This document shows, piece by piece, positions 38,501 through 51,111 of a stretch of 64,000 nucleotides of DNA; position 1 is the stretch's first letter, and the number at the start of each line of letters is the position of its first letter. The DNA comes from Macrostomum lignano (taxonomy: Eukaryota). The position numbers and the translations under genes are program-made. A model generated the notes under the pieces. It ran no database searches, was not told the origin of the DNA, and saw nothing but the letters and a program-made list of their open reading frames with translations. The DNA lies in contig NIVC01000158.1 in assembly GCA_002269645.1 (NCBI GenBank), positions 496,001 through 560,000 of the forward strand. Direction: 5' to 3'.

Positions 38501-39989
38501 GCTGGCCAAGCTGGAATCGCGGGTGCGCGACCTCGAGGGCGAGCTGGACGCCGAGCAGCGCCGGCACCAGGAGACGCAGAAGAACGCCAGGAAGTCCGAG
38601 CGCCGACTCAAGGAGCTGTCGTTTGCTGTGAGCAGGGCTGGTCGAGATGAGAATGGGTCATTGGACTCTGAGAGATATGAGTCATTGGACGATCAGAGTC
38701 ATGAGTCATTGAACACTGAGAGACATGAGTCATTGGACACTGAGAGACATGAGTCATTGGACACTGAGAGACATGAGTCATTGGATAATTGGGAGACATG
38801 AGCCATTGGACACTGAGACATGAGTCCTTGGACACTGAGACATGAGCCACTGGACACTGAGACATGAGCCACTGGACACTGAGACATGAGCCACTGGACA
38901 CTGAGACATGAGCCATTGGACACTGAGACATGAGCCATTGGACACTGAGACATGAGCCATTGGACACAGACATGAGCCATTGGACACTGAGACATGAGCC
39001 ATTGGACACTGAGACATGAGCCATTGGACACTGAGACATGAGTCCTTGGACACTGAGACATGAGCCACTGGACACTGAGACATGAGCCACTGGACACTGA
39101 GACATGAGCCACTGGACACTGAGACATGAGTCCTTGGACACTGAGACATGAGTCATTGGAAACTGAGACATGAGTCCTTGGACACTGAGACATGAGCCAC
39201 TGGACACTGAGACATGAGCCACTGGACACTGAGACATGAGCCACTGGACAAAGAGACATGAGTCATTCAGAGACAATCCGCACTGTCAAGTCACTACAAA
39301 AAATCTTCGCTGCCGTCACTCAACCTGCAGTCGGAGGAGGAGCGCAAGAACCAGGCCAAGCTGCAGGAGCTGGTTGAGAAGCTCCAGTCCAAGGTCAAGG
39401 CCTACAAGCGCCAGGTCGAGGAGGCTGAGGAGATCGCCGCCATCAATCTGGCCAAGTTTCGCAAGGTGCAGCACGACCTGGAGGAGTCCGAGGAGAGGGC
39501 CGAGGTGGCCGAGCAGAGCCTCACCAAGTTCCGCTCCAAGAGCCGCACGAGCGTCAGCGTCACCCGGGGCCCCAGCGCCGCCCCCGCCGGAGGGGTGAGT
39601 CACCGACTGGGCGATGAGTCATGGGGAGTCTGAGGTTGGAGCGATGAGTCATGATGGGGGGAATGAGTGATTATGGGGAATGAGTCATTATGGGGGAATG
39701 AGTCATGATGGGGGAATGAGTGATTATGGGGGAATGGGTTATTATGGGGGAATGAGTCATGATGGGGGAATGAGTCATGATGGGGGAATGGGTTATTATG
39801 GGGGAATGAGTCATGATGGGGGAATGAGTCATGATGGGGGAATGGGTTATTATGGGGGAATGAGTCATGATGGGGGAATGAGTCATTATGGGGGAATCTG
39901 ACGTAGGAGCGATAAGTAATTTTTGGAATCTAAGATCACTCTCACTTGTGTTTTTTCTTTCTAACTTGCAGTTTTTCGACGACATGTGA
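29545..39989 (+). CDS. Mhc: Muscle myosin II heavy chain (SH3-like N-terminus, motor, IQ neck, coiled-coil tail); 16 coding exons, ~1943 aa
   Basis: Exons 29545-29742, 29832-29975, 30155-30311, 30398-30425, 30753-30867, 31902-31994, 32073-32136, 32228-33310, 33397-33464, 33570-33775, 33861-35898, 36009-36464, 37187-37489, 38031-38627, 39331-39594, 39972-39989; total 5832 nt with consistent phases. P-loop GESGAGKT, switch I NNNSSRFGK, switch [24 protein letters not shown], heptad tail, C-terminus ...APAGGFFDDM*. Confidence 0.97.
31061..31336. repeat. 49-bp minisatellite (~5-6 copies) in a myosin intron
   Basis: Unit CGGCAATGTACACTTGGGAGGGTAGGGGATAGAGAGAACGATCTTTGAC. Confidence 0.9.
36524..37048. 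repeat. 37-bp minisatellite (CCACCTGTGTAATTATGCAGTTATCTATGGCCGGGTT) in a myosin intron
   Basis: Direct reading. Confidence 0.95.
37518..37918. repeat. 21-bp minisatellite (CTGACAAGTCTGACCCCAGAT) in a myosin intron
   Basis: Direct reading; 7-aa period. Confidence 0.95.
38656..39266. repeat. ~22-bp minisatellite (CATTGGACACTGAGACATGAGC) in a myosin intron
   Basis: Direct reading. Confidence 0.93.
39611..39896. repeat. 18-bp minisatellite (GGGGGAATGAGTCATGAT) in the last myosin intron
   Basis: Direct reading; 6-aa period. Confidence 0.93.
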
Positions 39990-40203
39990 GGAGGCCGTGG
40001 ACTTTCCCGCTTGGCTCGGGGTTGACACAGCGGTCTCGCTCGCCGCTCTGACTCAGACCCTCGCGTTTCGCCTCACCTTTAAACCCGTAACGTTCTGTTT
40101 TTTTTAAAACCTCTTAGACAGTTGCACTGACTCTTAGGCCTCCTCTGTCTACCCCTCTCCGCTCTCTCTCTCCTCCAGTGTGTCGTCAGCTAAAATGTAA
40201 CAA

Positions 40204-40318
40204 AATAAATAATTAACACTAGCATAACAACAGGGTTTGGGCGCGCGGTTCTTCTACAAACTCAACTAGCAATTTTGCGGAGAGCAGAGACTGGCGTTCG
40301 GATGCCAAGCACAATAAA
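40204..40318 (+). terminator. Candidate polyadenylation signals of the myosin gene (AATAAA at 40204-40209 and 40313-40318)
   Basis: Canonical hexamers ~215 and ~325 nt after the stop codon. Confidence 0.5.
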
Positions 40319-42072
40319 AGTTCATTTCAATTTTGGCACCACTTATTATTTGTTCCACTTTCTTTTGCTAATTTTATTTCTGCTTTTTAGCAAATCAATT
40401 ATACAGGGGAGAGAGAGATCTGAGTTAATTCGACCAGTTTGTTATTATTAAACGAATTTTCGTTGCCAAGCAAAACGATGCAGAGTTAGCTGAATCTCTC
40501 TCTCCCCTGGACTCGCCCATCTGGAACGCTCTCTCCCCTCTGCGTGGTCAGAGACTCTGCGGAGAACCCGCAGGTGAACTTTCGCTAGCAATAAAATCTC
40601 AGTTAATCGTTTAGCAAAATATTGTAGCCCAGTCATAAATTTAGTCAAATGTCACTATTTTAACCCTTCGCTTTGATACCCCACCTCTCTAGTGAATATT
40701 AATTATTACCTAATTAACTCTTTTTCAATTGAATTTTATCGAGTTGTTTTGTTAGCAAAATACAACAGCTGCAGAAAGCGAACGGTTCAGCACGGCATAC
40801 TTTTCTGTTTTGATCTTCAATTAAAAAAATAATTCACACTTTATTAATTAGCAATATTCACGCACCGGCCTCGACTATTTAAACAATTTTTTTCTGAGAT
40901 TTTTTGTCTTTATTATTTTTGCCTTACGTTTTTACGACAGCGGCTTGTTTGCAAGTGCCTCTAAAAGTTAAGCAAAGTGGGTCGGGGTTAGTTCGCAGCT
41001 TATTGTATCAACCAGTTGGAGTCACAGTGAGCGAATGACGTAAATGCAATCAATATTTGCAGGAGGTCGTTTGGCATCACATCGGCTCACAGTTAGCGAT
41101 GACGGCAATTCTGCTGACTACTGAGCTCAAACACGAGTAGATTCGGAGTAGATTCAGAGCAGATTCGGAGTAGATTCGGAGTAGATTCGGAGCAGATTCG
41201 GAGCAGATTCGGAGTAGATTCGGAGTAGATTCGGAGTAGATTCAGAGTAGATTCAGAGTAGATTCGGAGTAGATTCGGAGTAGATTCAGAGTAGATTCGG
41301 AGTAGATTTGGAGTAGATTCGGAGTAGATTCGGAGTAGATTCGGAGTGGATTCAGAGTAGATTCAGAGTAGATTCGGAGTAGATTCGGAGTAGATTCGGA
41401 GTAGATTCGAAGTGGATTCAGAGTAGATTCAGAGTAGATTCGGAGTAGATTCAGAGTAGATTCAGAGTAGATTCAGAGTAGATTCGGAGTAGATTCAGAG
41501 TAGATTCGGAGTAGATTCCGAGTAGATTCGGAGTGGATTCAGAGTAGATTCAGAGTAGATTCAGAGTAGATTCGGAGTAGATTCAGAGTAGATTCGGAGT
41601 CGATTCGGAGTAGATTCAGAGTAGATTCAGAGTAGATTCGGAGTAGATTCGGAGTAGATTCGGAGTAGGTTCAGAGTAGATTCAGAGTAGATTCGGAGTA
41701 GATTCGGAGTAGATTCGGAGTGGATTCAGAGTAGATTCGGAGTAGATTCAGAGTAGATTCGGAGTAGATTCGGAGTAGATTCGGAGTAGATTCGGAGTAG
41801 ATTCGAAGTGGATTCAGAGTAGATTCAGAGTAGATTCGGAGTAGATTCAGAGTAGATTCAGAGTAGATTCAGAGTAGATTCGGAGTAGATTCAGAGTAGA
41901 TTCGGAGTAGATTCCGAGTAGATTCGGAGTGGATTCAGAGTAGATTCAGAGTAGATTCAGAGTAGATTCGGAGTAGATTCAGAGTAGATTCAGAGTAGAT
42001 TCGGAGTAGATTCGGAGTAGATTCAGAGTAGATCCAGAGTAGATTCGGAGTAGATTCGGAGTAGGTTCAGAG

Positions 42073-44565
42073 CACGGACTACTTAAGTAGAAGGACGCGA
42101 CACGCGCAAAACGTGCAAATTTTATTGGAGGCTGAATATTCAATTTTATGTAGCTCGACTCCAGAAACTCGCCGAAGTGTAGTTTTTTCACATGATACAA
42201 ATAATTTAGTCCTTGTTCATGTAACATATGTAATGCATGATTAAAACGATGCAGAAACCTTAGAAAGTAGTTTCAAGCGACGAAAACTAACTTTTTCTGG
42301 TGAGTTTCGAGTCTCGACGTGCGGCATTTGTAGCACAAAATATAGCTCTTCATTTTGATATAGCACTTATTTTAAACGATTCTTTTAGCTGTTCATTGTT
42401 ACTGTGAAGCGGACCTTTTTGACCTGGTCATAAGAAAACCTATCGCAAGATGTACAGACATAAAACAGATACCACTGATTCTGCACCAATCGTATCGGAT
42501 AAAGAGTCAAGACGAACTAAGACGAAAGATTTTAAGAACACGAATTTTGAGTCTTAGTAGCCATTGAATATTTTTATGCCATATTAATATTATTGGCCTT
42601 TTTAAAATGTATGCAAAAGTATATATCAAAGTGGTATAAGATAGCTAGCAGGTTTCTTGTATAAAGCAAATGCGAAAACATGCAGTTTAAACAGTATCAA
42701 CAAAAGCGTACAACGAAATATTTTACAACAAAATGATCTATTGTATAAAGATAACTTGCTATAACATTGCATCAAAAAACTAACGGTACGCAAATCTGGC
42801 AAGGCACCACTCAAAGTCGTCTTCATCATGCAAAGCCAGCCGAATGAAATGCATGTAGTCAATAAGAATAACAGATAGAAATGAGGATAAAGTGCACAAT
42901 CTTGCACCTGGACACGAGTTGGTGGTAAATGATCAGGTTTAGTAGGTAAATATAGACTAAAGTCTTGGACAAGCTATAGAGGTCCATGATCGTCTGGACA
43001 GTAGCTATACAAAAGAACTCCATGCTGCAGGAGAAGCAATACAATAGCCACCTGGCTGATGAAGTTAAAAGCTTTGCAGAAATCTATACAGACAATTGAC
43101 ACCTCCTTTTAGAGAGTCTCGCAGGTGCCATATGGACTAGCTACTTGTTGTAACAGCAGTACAGTGACAGTTGTAACAGCTCAGCCTTGGACACTTCATT
43201 GTCACAACAGTTCTGGAGCATCCTCCTTAAGATGTGTGTACACTTGTTTGTGAGGAAGCCAACCAATCGAGTATTTGTTCCATGTATACAAAATAGCAAC
43301 CTCCATGGCCTTGCCTATAGATAGAGAATTCTTTCTCCAGACCATCCAATTGAAAGTCACCTGAAAAGGATAAGGAAAATAGCTGCATAGCATGAATACT
43401 TAATGATACACAACCTAAATAAAACAAGTTAATACTTATAATATTATTCATACCTAGCATGACATTTTAACCATCTTCATTCCAGACAATTTTGAATATT
43501 TTGGCGAAACACAATACTTCCATGGGTGACCATCTAACTGCTATCCCCCCCCCTTAACCAGAGATATTGTGCCACCATTGAATTTCTATATATTAACAGA
43601 AAAACTGATTAAAACAACTTAGGCCCTATATGCCTCTGAAAGAATATAAGATGAGTACATTCTTAAAAACATAAATATCTATAAGTTCTATAGCAAAAAT
43701 ATTAATGCAGTATACATTTTTGAAGCATAGGCCTATAATTATAAATAGACTGACATCAGTCATACAAAAATATATAGGCCTACCAGTAAAATGATTAATA
43801 AGAATAGAATACTTAAAGTTAAATACTTATATTAATAGGCCTATATTTTATATATTATCTTAGTCTAAGCCTAGCTAGCTATACCCTAAAGTATAGCCTT
43901 ATTAAAGTCTTATTAAATCTTATTAAAGTATAGATTAGATAATCCAAATTATTTAAAATTTCTAAAAAATTTTTTAACTCTAAACAATCAAATACTATTT
44001 ATAGATACTCAATAATAGATAGAAGAGATAGCTTATAGGTTTACCAAGAATACCAACTAATGCCAATGGTAATGATATAAAATTGTTAGCTAGGCCCTAT
44101 ACCTAGTCACCTAGATAATGTAGGTATATGCCTACTAATTTAATAATGAAATACTGCAGGCCCCTATGCTGTAATAACAAATAGCTACATTATATTTTAT
44201 CATCGCCAGGGTAGTAGCAGTGGGCCCTGACTAGGCCTAGCAAATGTTGATAAATTTCCAAAGAGTTTACTTGCATAGATGGCCTATGGTCTACATACAA
44301 ATTCTAATTTAAATTAGGTTAGGCTAGCTATGTATAAACGATACATTTCTAAACAGTACTAAGCTAGACGGAAATTATGTATTGATAAAAAATGGGACAA
44401 AAACAATAAACACTCTAAAAAAGATCTGCATTCTATGATAAGAACATTTCAATGCCTTGCTAAAACTAAAGCTATAGTATACGCTAAGGGAACTTCAGCC
44501 TCCAAAAAAAATTACACGAATCGTGCGTGTTGCGTCCTATATAAACGACAATTAAGTAGTCCGTG
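42073..44565 (-). mobile_element. P-element-superfamily-like non-autonomous DNA transposon, copy 1 (2493 bp)
   Basis: Perfect 14-bp TIR CACGGACTACTTAA (42073-42086 / 44552-44565). 8-bp TSD GTTCAGAG (42065-42072 / 44566-44573). 12-bp subterminal inverted repeat TTGGAGGCTGAA (42125-42136 / 44494-44505). Minus-strand remnant GDFQLDGLEKEFSIYRQGHGGCYFVYMEQIL (~43270-43365) resembles the P/THAP9 transposase catalytic-Glu motif. Confidence 0.8.
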
Positions 44566-44958
44566 GTTCAGAGTAGATTCAGAGTAGATTCGGAGTAGAT
44601 TCGGAGTGGATTCAGAGTAGATTCGGAGTAGATTCAGAGTAGATTCGGAGTAGATTCGGAGTAGATTCGGAGTAGATTCGGAGTAGATTCGGAGTAGATT
44701 CGAAGTGGATTCAGAGTAGATTCAGAGTAGATTCGGAGTAGATTCAGAGTAGATTCAGAGTAGATTCAGAGTAGATTCGGAGTAGATTCAGAGTAGATTC
44801 GGAGTAGATTTGGAGTGGATTCAGAGTAGATTCAGAGTAGATTCAGAGTAGATTCGGAGTAGATTCAGAGTAGATTCAGAGTAGATTCGGAGTAGATTCG
44901 GAGTAGATTCAGAGTAGATCCAGAGTAGATTCGGAGTAGATTCGGAGTAGGTTCAGAG

Positions 44959-47450
44959 CACGGACTACTTAAGTAGAAGGACGCGACACGCGCAAAACGT
45001 GCAAATTTTATTGGAGGCTGAATATTCAATTTTATGTAGCTCGACTCCAGAAACTCGCCGAAGTGTAGTTTTTTCACATGATACAAATAATTTAGTCCTT
45101 GTTCATGTAACATATGTAATGCATGATTAAAACGATGCAGAAACCTTAGAAAGTAGTTTCAAGCGACGAAAACTAACTTTTTCTGGTGAGTTTCGAGTCT
45201 CGACGTGCGGCATTTGTAGCACAAAATATAGCTCTTCATTTTGATATAGCACTTATTTTAAACGATTCTTTTAGCTGTTCATTGTTACTGTGAAGCGGAC
45301 CTTTTTGACCTGGTCATAAGAAAACCTATCGCAAGATGTACAGACATAAAACAGATACCACTGATTCTGCACCAATCGTATCGGATAAAGAGTCAAGACG
45401 AACTAAGACGAAAGATTTTAAGAACACGAATTTTGAGTCTTAGTAGCCATTGAATATTTTTATGCCATATTAATATTATTGGCCTTTTTAAAATGTATGC
45501 AAAAGTATATATCAAAGTGGTATAAGATAGCTAGCAGGTTTCTTGTATAAAGCAAATGCGAAAACATGCAGTTTAAACAGTATCAACAAAAGCGTACAAC
45601 GAAATATTTTACAACAAAATGATCTATTGTATAAAGATAACTTGCTATAACATTGCATCAAAAAACTAATGGTACGCAAATCTGGCAAGGCACCACTCAA
45701 AGTCGTCTTCATCATGCAAAGCCAGCCGAATGAAATGCATGTAGTCAATAAGAATAACAGATAGAAATGAGGATAAAGTGCACAATCTTGCACCTGGACA
45801 CGAGTTGGTGGTAAATGATCAGGTTTAGTAGGTAAATATAGACTAAAGTCTTGGACAAGCTATAGAGGTCCATGATCGTCTGGACAGTAGCTATACAAAA
45901 GAACTCCATGCTGCAGGAGAAGCAATACAATAGCCACCTGGCTGATGAAGTTAAAAGCTTTGCAGAAATCTATACAGACAATTGACACCTCCTTTTAGAG
46001 AGTCTCGCAGGTGCCATATGGACTAGCTACTTGTTGTAACAGCAGTACAGTGACAGTTGTAACAGCTCAGCCTTGGACACTTCATTGTCACAACAGTTCT
46101 GGAGCATCCTCCTTAAGATGTGTGTACACTTGTTTGTGAGGAAGCCAACCAATCGAGTATTTGTTCCATGTATACAAAATAGCAACCTCCATGGCCTTGC
46201 CTATAGATAGAGAATTCTTTCTCCAGACCATCCAATTGAAAGTCACCTGAAAAGGATAAGGAAAATAGCTGCATAGCATGAATACTTAATGATACACAAC
46301 CTAAATAAAACAAGTTAATACTTATAATATTATTCATACCTAGCATGACATTTTAACCATCTTCATTCCAGACAATTTTGAATATTTTGGCGAAACACAA
46401 TACTTCCATGGGTGACCATCTAACTGCTATCCCCCCCCTTAACCAGAGATATTGTGCCACCATTGAATTTCTATATATTAACAGAAAAACTGATTAAAAC
46501 AACTTAGGCCCTATATGCCTCTGAAAGAATATAAGATGAGTACATTCTTAAAAACATAAATATCTATAAGTTCTATAGCAAAAATATTAATGCAGTATAC
46601 ATTTTTGAAGCATAGGCCTATAATTATAAATAGACTGACATCAGTCATACAAAAATATATAGGCCTACCAGTAAAATGATTAATAAGAATAGAATACTTA
46701 AAGTTAAATACTTATATTAATAGGCCTATATTTTATATATTATCTTAGTCTAAGCCTAGCTAGCTATACCCTAAAGTATAGCCTTATTAAAGTCTTATTA
46801 AATCTTATTAAAGTATAGATTAGATAATCCAAATTATTTAAAATTTCTAAAAAATTTTTTAACTCTAAACAATCAAATACTATTTATAGATACTCAATAA
46901 TAGATAGAAGAGATAGCTTATAGGTTTACCAAGAATACCAACTAATGCCAATGGTAATGATATAAAATTGTTAGCTAGGCCCTATACCTAGTCACCTAGA
47001 TAATGTAGGTATATGCCTACTAATTTAATAATGAAATACTGCAGGCCCCTATGCTGTAATAACAAATAGCTACATTATATTTTATCATCGCCAGGGTAGT
47101 AGCAGTGGGCCCTGACTAGGCCTAGCAAATGTTGATAAATTTCCAAAGAGTTTACTTGCATAGATGGCCTATGGTCTACATACAAATTCTAATTTAAATT
47201 AGGTTAGGCTAGCTATGTATAAACGATACATTTCTAAACAGTACTAAGCTAGACGGAAATTATGTATTGATAAAAAATGGGACAAAAACAATAAACACTC
47301 TAAAAAAGATCTGCATTCTATGATAAGAACATTTCAATGCCTTGCTAAAACTAAAGCTATAGTATACGCTAAGGGAACTTCAGCCTCCAAAAAAAATTAC
47401 ACGAATCGTGCGTGTTGCGTCCTATATAAACGACAATTAAGTAGTCCGTG
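44959..47450 (-). mobile_element. P-element-superfamily-like non-autonomous DNA transposon, copy 2 (2492 bp)
   Basis: Near-identical to copy 1 (offset 2886), with the same TIRs and TSD GTTCAGAG at 44951-44958 / 47451-47458. Differences seen: C42784 vs T45670, and a 9-C vs 8-C run. Confidence 0.8.
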
Positions 47451-47834
47451 GTTCAGAGTAGATTCAGAGTAGATTCGGAGTAGATTCGGAGTAGATTCAG
47501 AGTAGATTCGGAGTAGATTCGGAGTGGATTCAGAGTAGATTAAGGGTAGATCTGAGATAGATTAAAGGGTAGATTCAGAGTAGATTAAGGGGTGAATTCC
47601 AAGTGGATTGCAAGTAGATTCAGAGTACATTCAGGCATATTTGGCTGCATTTGCAGTAGGCTCATACAGTCGCAGATTTGATTAAATTTTGTTTAAAACT
47701 AAACAAGCAGTAAGCATTGACACCAATTGATTCCAAAAGCAGATCAACTTTGGCGTATTAATCAGAGGACAAACTCGCATAATCTTTTTAATGTCATCAT
47801 TTTTTGCAGAATCTGCTTCCACGGCGGTGACAAG

Positions 47835-50520
47835 CCACAGAATCGATGCCAGACACTCAGTGAGACACAGAACCGATGCCAGACACTCAGTGAGACACAG
47901 AATCGATGCCAGACACTCAGTGAGACACAGAACCGATGCCAGTCACTCAGTGAGACACAGAATCGATGCCAGACACTCAGTGAGACACAGAACCGATGCC
48001 AGACACTCAGTGAGACACAGAATCGATGCCAGACAGACACTCAGTGGGACACAGAATCGATGCCAGACACTCAGTGAGACACAGAATCGATGCCAGACAC
48101 TCAGTGAGACACAGAATCGATGCCAGACAGACACTCAGTGGGACACAGAACCGATGCCAGACACTCAGTGAGACACAGAATCGATGCCAGACACTCAGTA
48201 AGACACAGAATCGATGCCAGACAGACACTCAGTGGGACACAGAATCGATGCCAGACACTCAGTGGGACACAATCGATGCCAGACACTCAGTAAGACACAG
48301 AATCGATGACAGACACTCAGTGAGACACAGAATCGATGCCAGACAGACACTCAGTGGGACACAGAATCGATGCCAGACACTCAGTGGGACACAGAACCGA
48401 TGCCAGACACTCAGTGAGACACAGAACCGATGCCAGACACTCAGTGGGACACAGAACCGATGCCGGACACTCAGTGAGACACAGAACCGATGCCAGACAC
48501 TCAGTGAGATACAGAACCGATGCCGGACACTCAGTGAGACACAGAATCGATGCCAGACACTCAGTGAGACACAGAATCGATGTCAGACAGACACTCAGTG
48601 GGACACAGAATCGATGCCAGACACTCAGTGGGACACAGAACCGATGCCGGACCCTCAGTGAGACACAGAACCGATGCCAGACACTCAGTGAGATACAGAA
48701 CCGATGCCGGACACTCAGTGAGACACAGAATCGATGCCAGACAGACACTCAGTGGGACACAGAATCGATGCCAGACACTCAGTGGGACACAGAACCGATG
48801 CCAGACACTCAGTGAGACACAGAACCGATGCCAGACACTCAGTGAGACACAGAATCGATGCCAGACACTCAGTGGGACACAGAATCGATGCCAGACACTC
48901 AGTGAGACACAGAACCGATGCCAGACACTCAGTGGGACACAGAACCGATGCCGGACACTCAGTGAGACACAGAACCGATGCCAGACACTCAGTGAGATAC
49001 AGAACCGATGCCGGACACTCAGTGAGACACAGAATCGATGCCAGACACTCAGTGAGACACAGAATCGATGCCAGACACTCAGTGAGACACAGAATCGATG
49101 CCAGACACTCAGTGGGACACAGAATCGATGCCAGACACTCAGTGAGACACAGAATCGATGTCAGACACTCAGTGAGACACAGAATCGATGCCAGACACTC
49201 AGTGAGACACAGAATCGATGCCAGACACTCAGTGAGACACAGAATCGATGTCAGACACTCAGTGTGACACAGAATCGATGCCAGACAGACACTCAGTGGG
49301 ACACAGAATCGATGCCAGACACTCAGTGAGACACAGAATCGATGCCAGACACTCAGTGAGACACAGAATCGATGCCAGACACTCAGTGGGACACAGAATC
49401 GATGTCAGACACTCAGTGGGACACAGAATCGATGCCAGACACTCAGTGGGACACAGAATCGATGTCAGACACTCAGTGGGACACAGAATCGATGTCAGAC
49501 ACTCAGTGAGACACAGAATCGATGCCAGACAGACACTCAGTGGGACACAGAATCGATGCCAGACACTCAGTGGGACACAGAATCGATGCCGGACACTCAG
49601 TGAGACACAGAACCGATGCCAGACACTCAGTGAGACACAGAATCGATGCCAGACACTCAGTGGGACACAGAATCGATGCCAGACACTCAGTGAGACACAG
49701 AATCGATGCCAGACACTCAGTGAGACACAGAATCGATGCCAGACACTCAGTGGGACACAGAATCGATGCCAGACACTCAGTGAGACACAGAACCGATGCC
49801 AGACACTCAGTGGGACACAGAACCGATGCCGGACACTCAGTGAGACACAGAATCGATGCCAGACACTCAGTGGGACACAGAACCGATGCCGGACACTCAG
49901 TGAGACACAGAATCGATGCCAGACACTCAGTGGGACACAGAATCGATGCCAGACACTCAGTGAGACACAGAATCGATGCCAGACACTCAGTGAGACACAG
50001 AATCGATGCCAGACACTCAGTGAGACACAGAATCGATGCCAGACACTCAGTGGGACACAGAATCGATGCCAGACACTCAGTGAGACACAGAATCGATGTC
50101 AGACACTCAGTGAGACACAGAATCGATGCCAGACACTCAGTGAGACACAGAATCGATGCCAGACACTCAGTGAGACACAGAATCGATGTCAGACACTCAG
50201 TGTGACACAGAATCGATGCCAGACAGACACTCAGTGGGACACAGAATCGATGCCAGACACTCAGTGAGACACAGAATCGATGCCAGACACTCAGTGAGAC
50301 ACAGAATCGATGCCAGACACTCAGTGGGACACAGAATCGATGTCAGACACTCAGTGGGACACAGAATCGATGCCAGACACTCAGTGGGACACAGAATCGA
50401 TGTCAGACACTCAGTGGGACACAGAATCGATGTCAGACACTCAGTGAGACACAGAATCGATGCCAGACAGACACTCAGTGAGACACAGAATCGATGCCAG
50501 ACAGACACTCAGTGGGACAG
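47835..50520. repeat. 30-bp minisatellite (ACACAGAATCGATGCCAGACACTCAGTGAG), ~2.7 kb
   Basis: Direct reading; 10-aa period; recurrent 4-bp AGAC insertion variants. Confidence 0.95.
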
Positions 50521-51111
50521 AACATCAGTTAACCAGACAATGTGACACACAGATCATATTTATTTCAACTGTTATTAGCTCCGTAATGCTGATGGATTGA
50601 CATGCACTCAGAACACTTCAATTTTGCTACTTGTATTGAAATATAACGTAAGTATAAATGTATATCAGGTTATCTACATGTAGTTCAGTACGTAATCATT
50701 AAATGCGTGTACTTTTACATTTTGTTGGTTTATATTAACTAAGCCTAATTAATTTCATAGCAAAAAAGCAATGAAGATACAAAACAATTTCAAATTTTTA
50801 CAACCCAAGAGAAAGCTTGTTGAAATCTTTTTTTGTAATTTAGATTTTTAAACTTTTGTGCACTGTCTAACCGTCTACTTTGATAATAAAATAATGCAAG
50901 CATACAGTACGCGTGTTCCATGGTGACTTTTAGTATTGATGTACTTTTATTTGAAGTTTAATAGTACATATAGAGACTGATTCTGTACAGGTGATATAGC
51001 TATTAGTTCACTGATGACATTTAGGTGATTAATAATTTATTATTAATGACTTTTCAATAGGAATAATTAGCAAATATTCAAATAAAACCGAGATCAAACT
51101 GATTCCTTGCT

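Larger units (their letters stand above)
41134..47600. repeat. 11-bp satellite (ATTC(G/A)GAGTAG) in three blocks: ~41134-42072, 44566-44958, 47451-~47600
   Basis: Direct reading; the blocks are separated by two transposon copies. Confidence 0.93.

Noticed and set aside
32191-38611. Long antisense ORFs over myosin exons (32191-33279, 35172-35756, 37967-38611)
   Set aside because: These are the expected shadow of strongly GC3-biased sense codons and have no independent protein features.
43050-43085. CTGATGA...GAAA resembling a hammerhead ribozyme core
   Set aside because: Stem II lacks the required G-C closing pair, no stems I or III are evident, and the segment is better explained as the antisense of the RT remnant.
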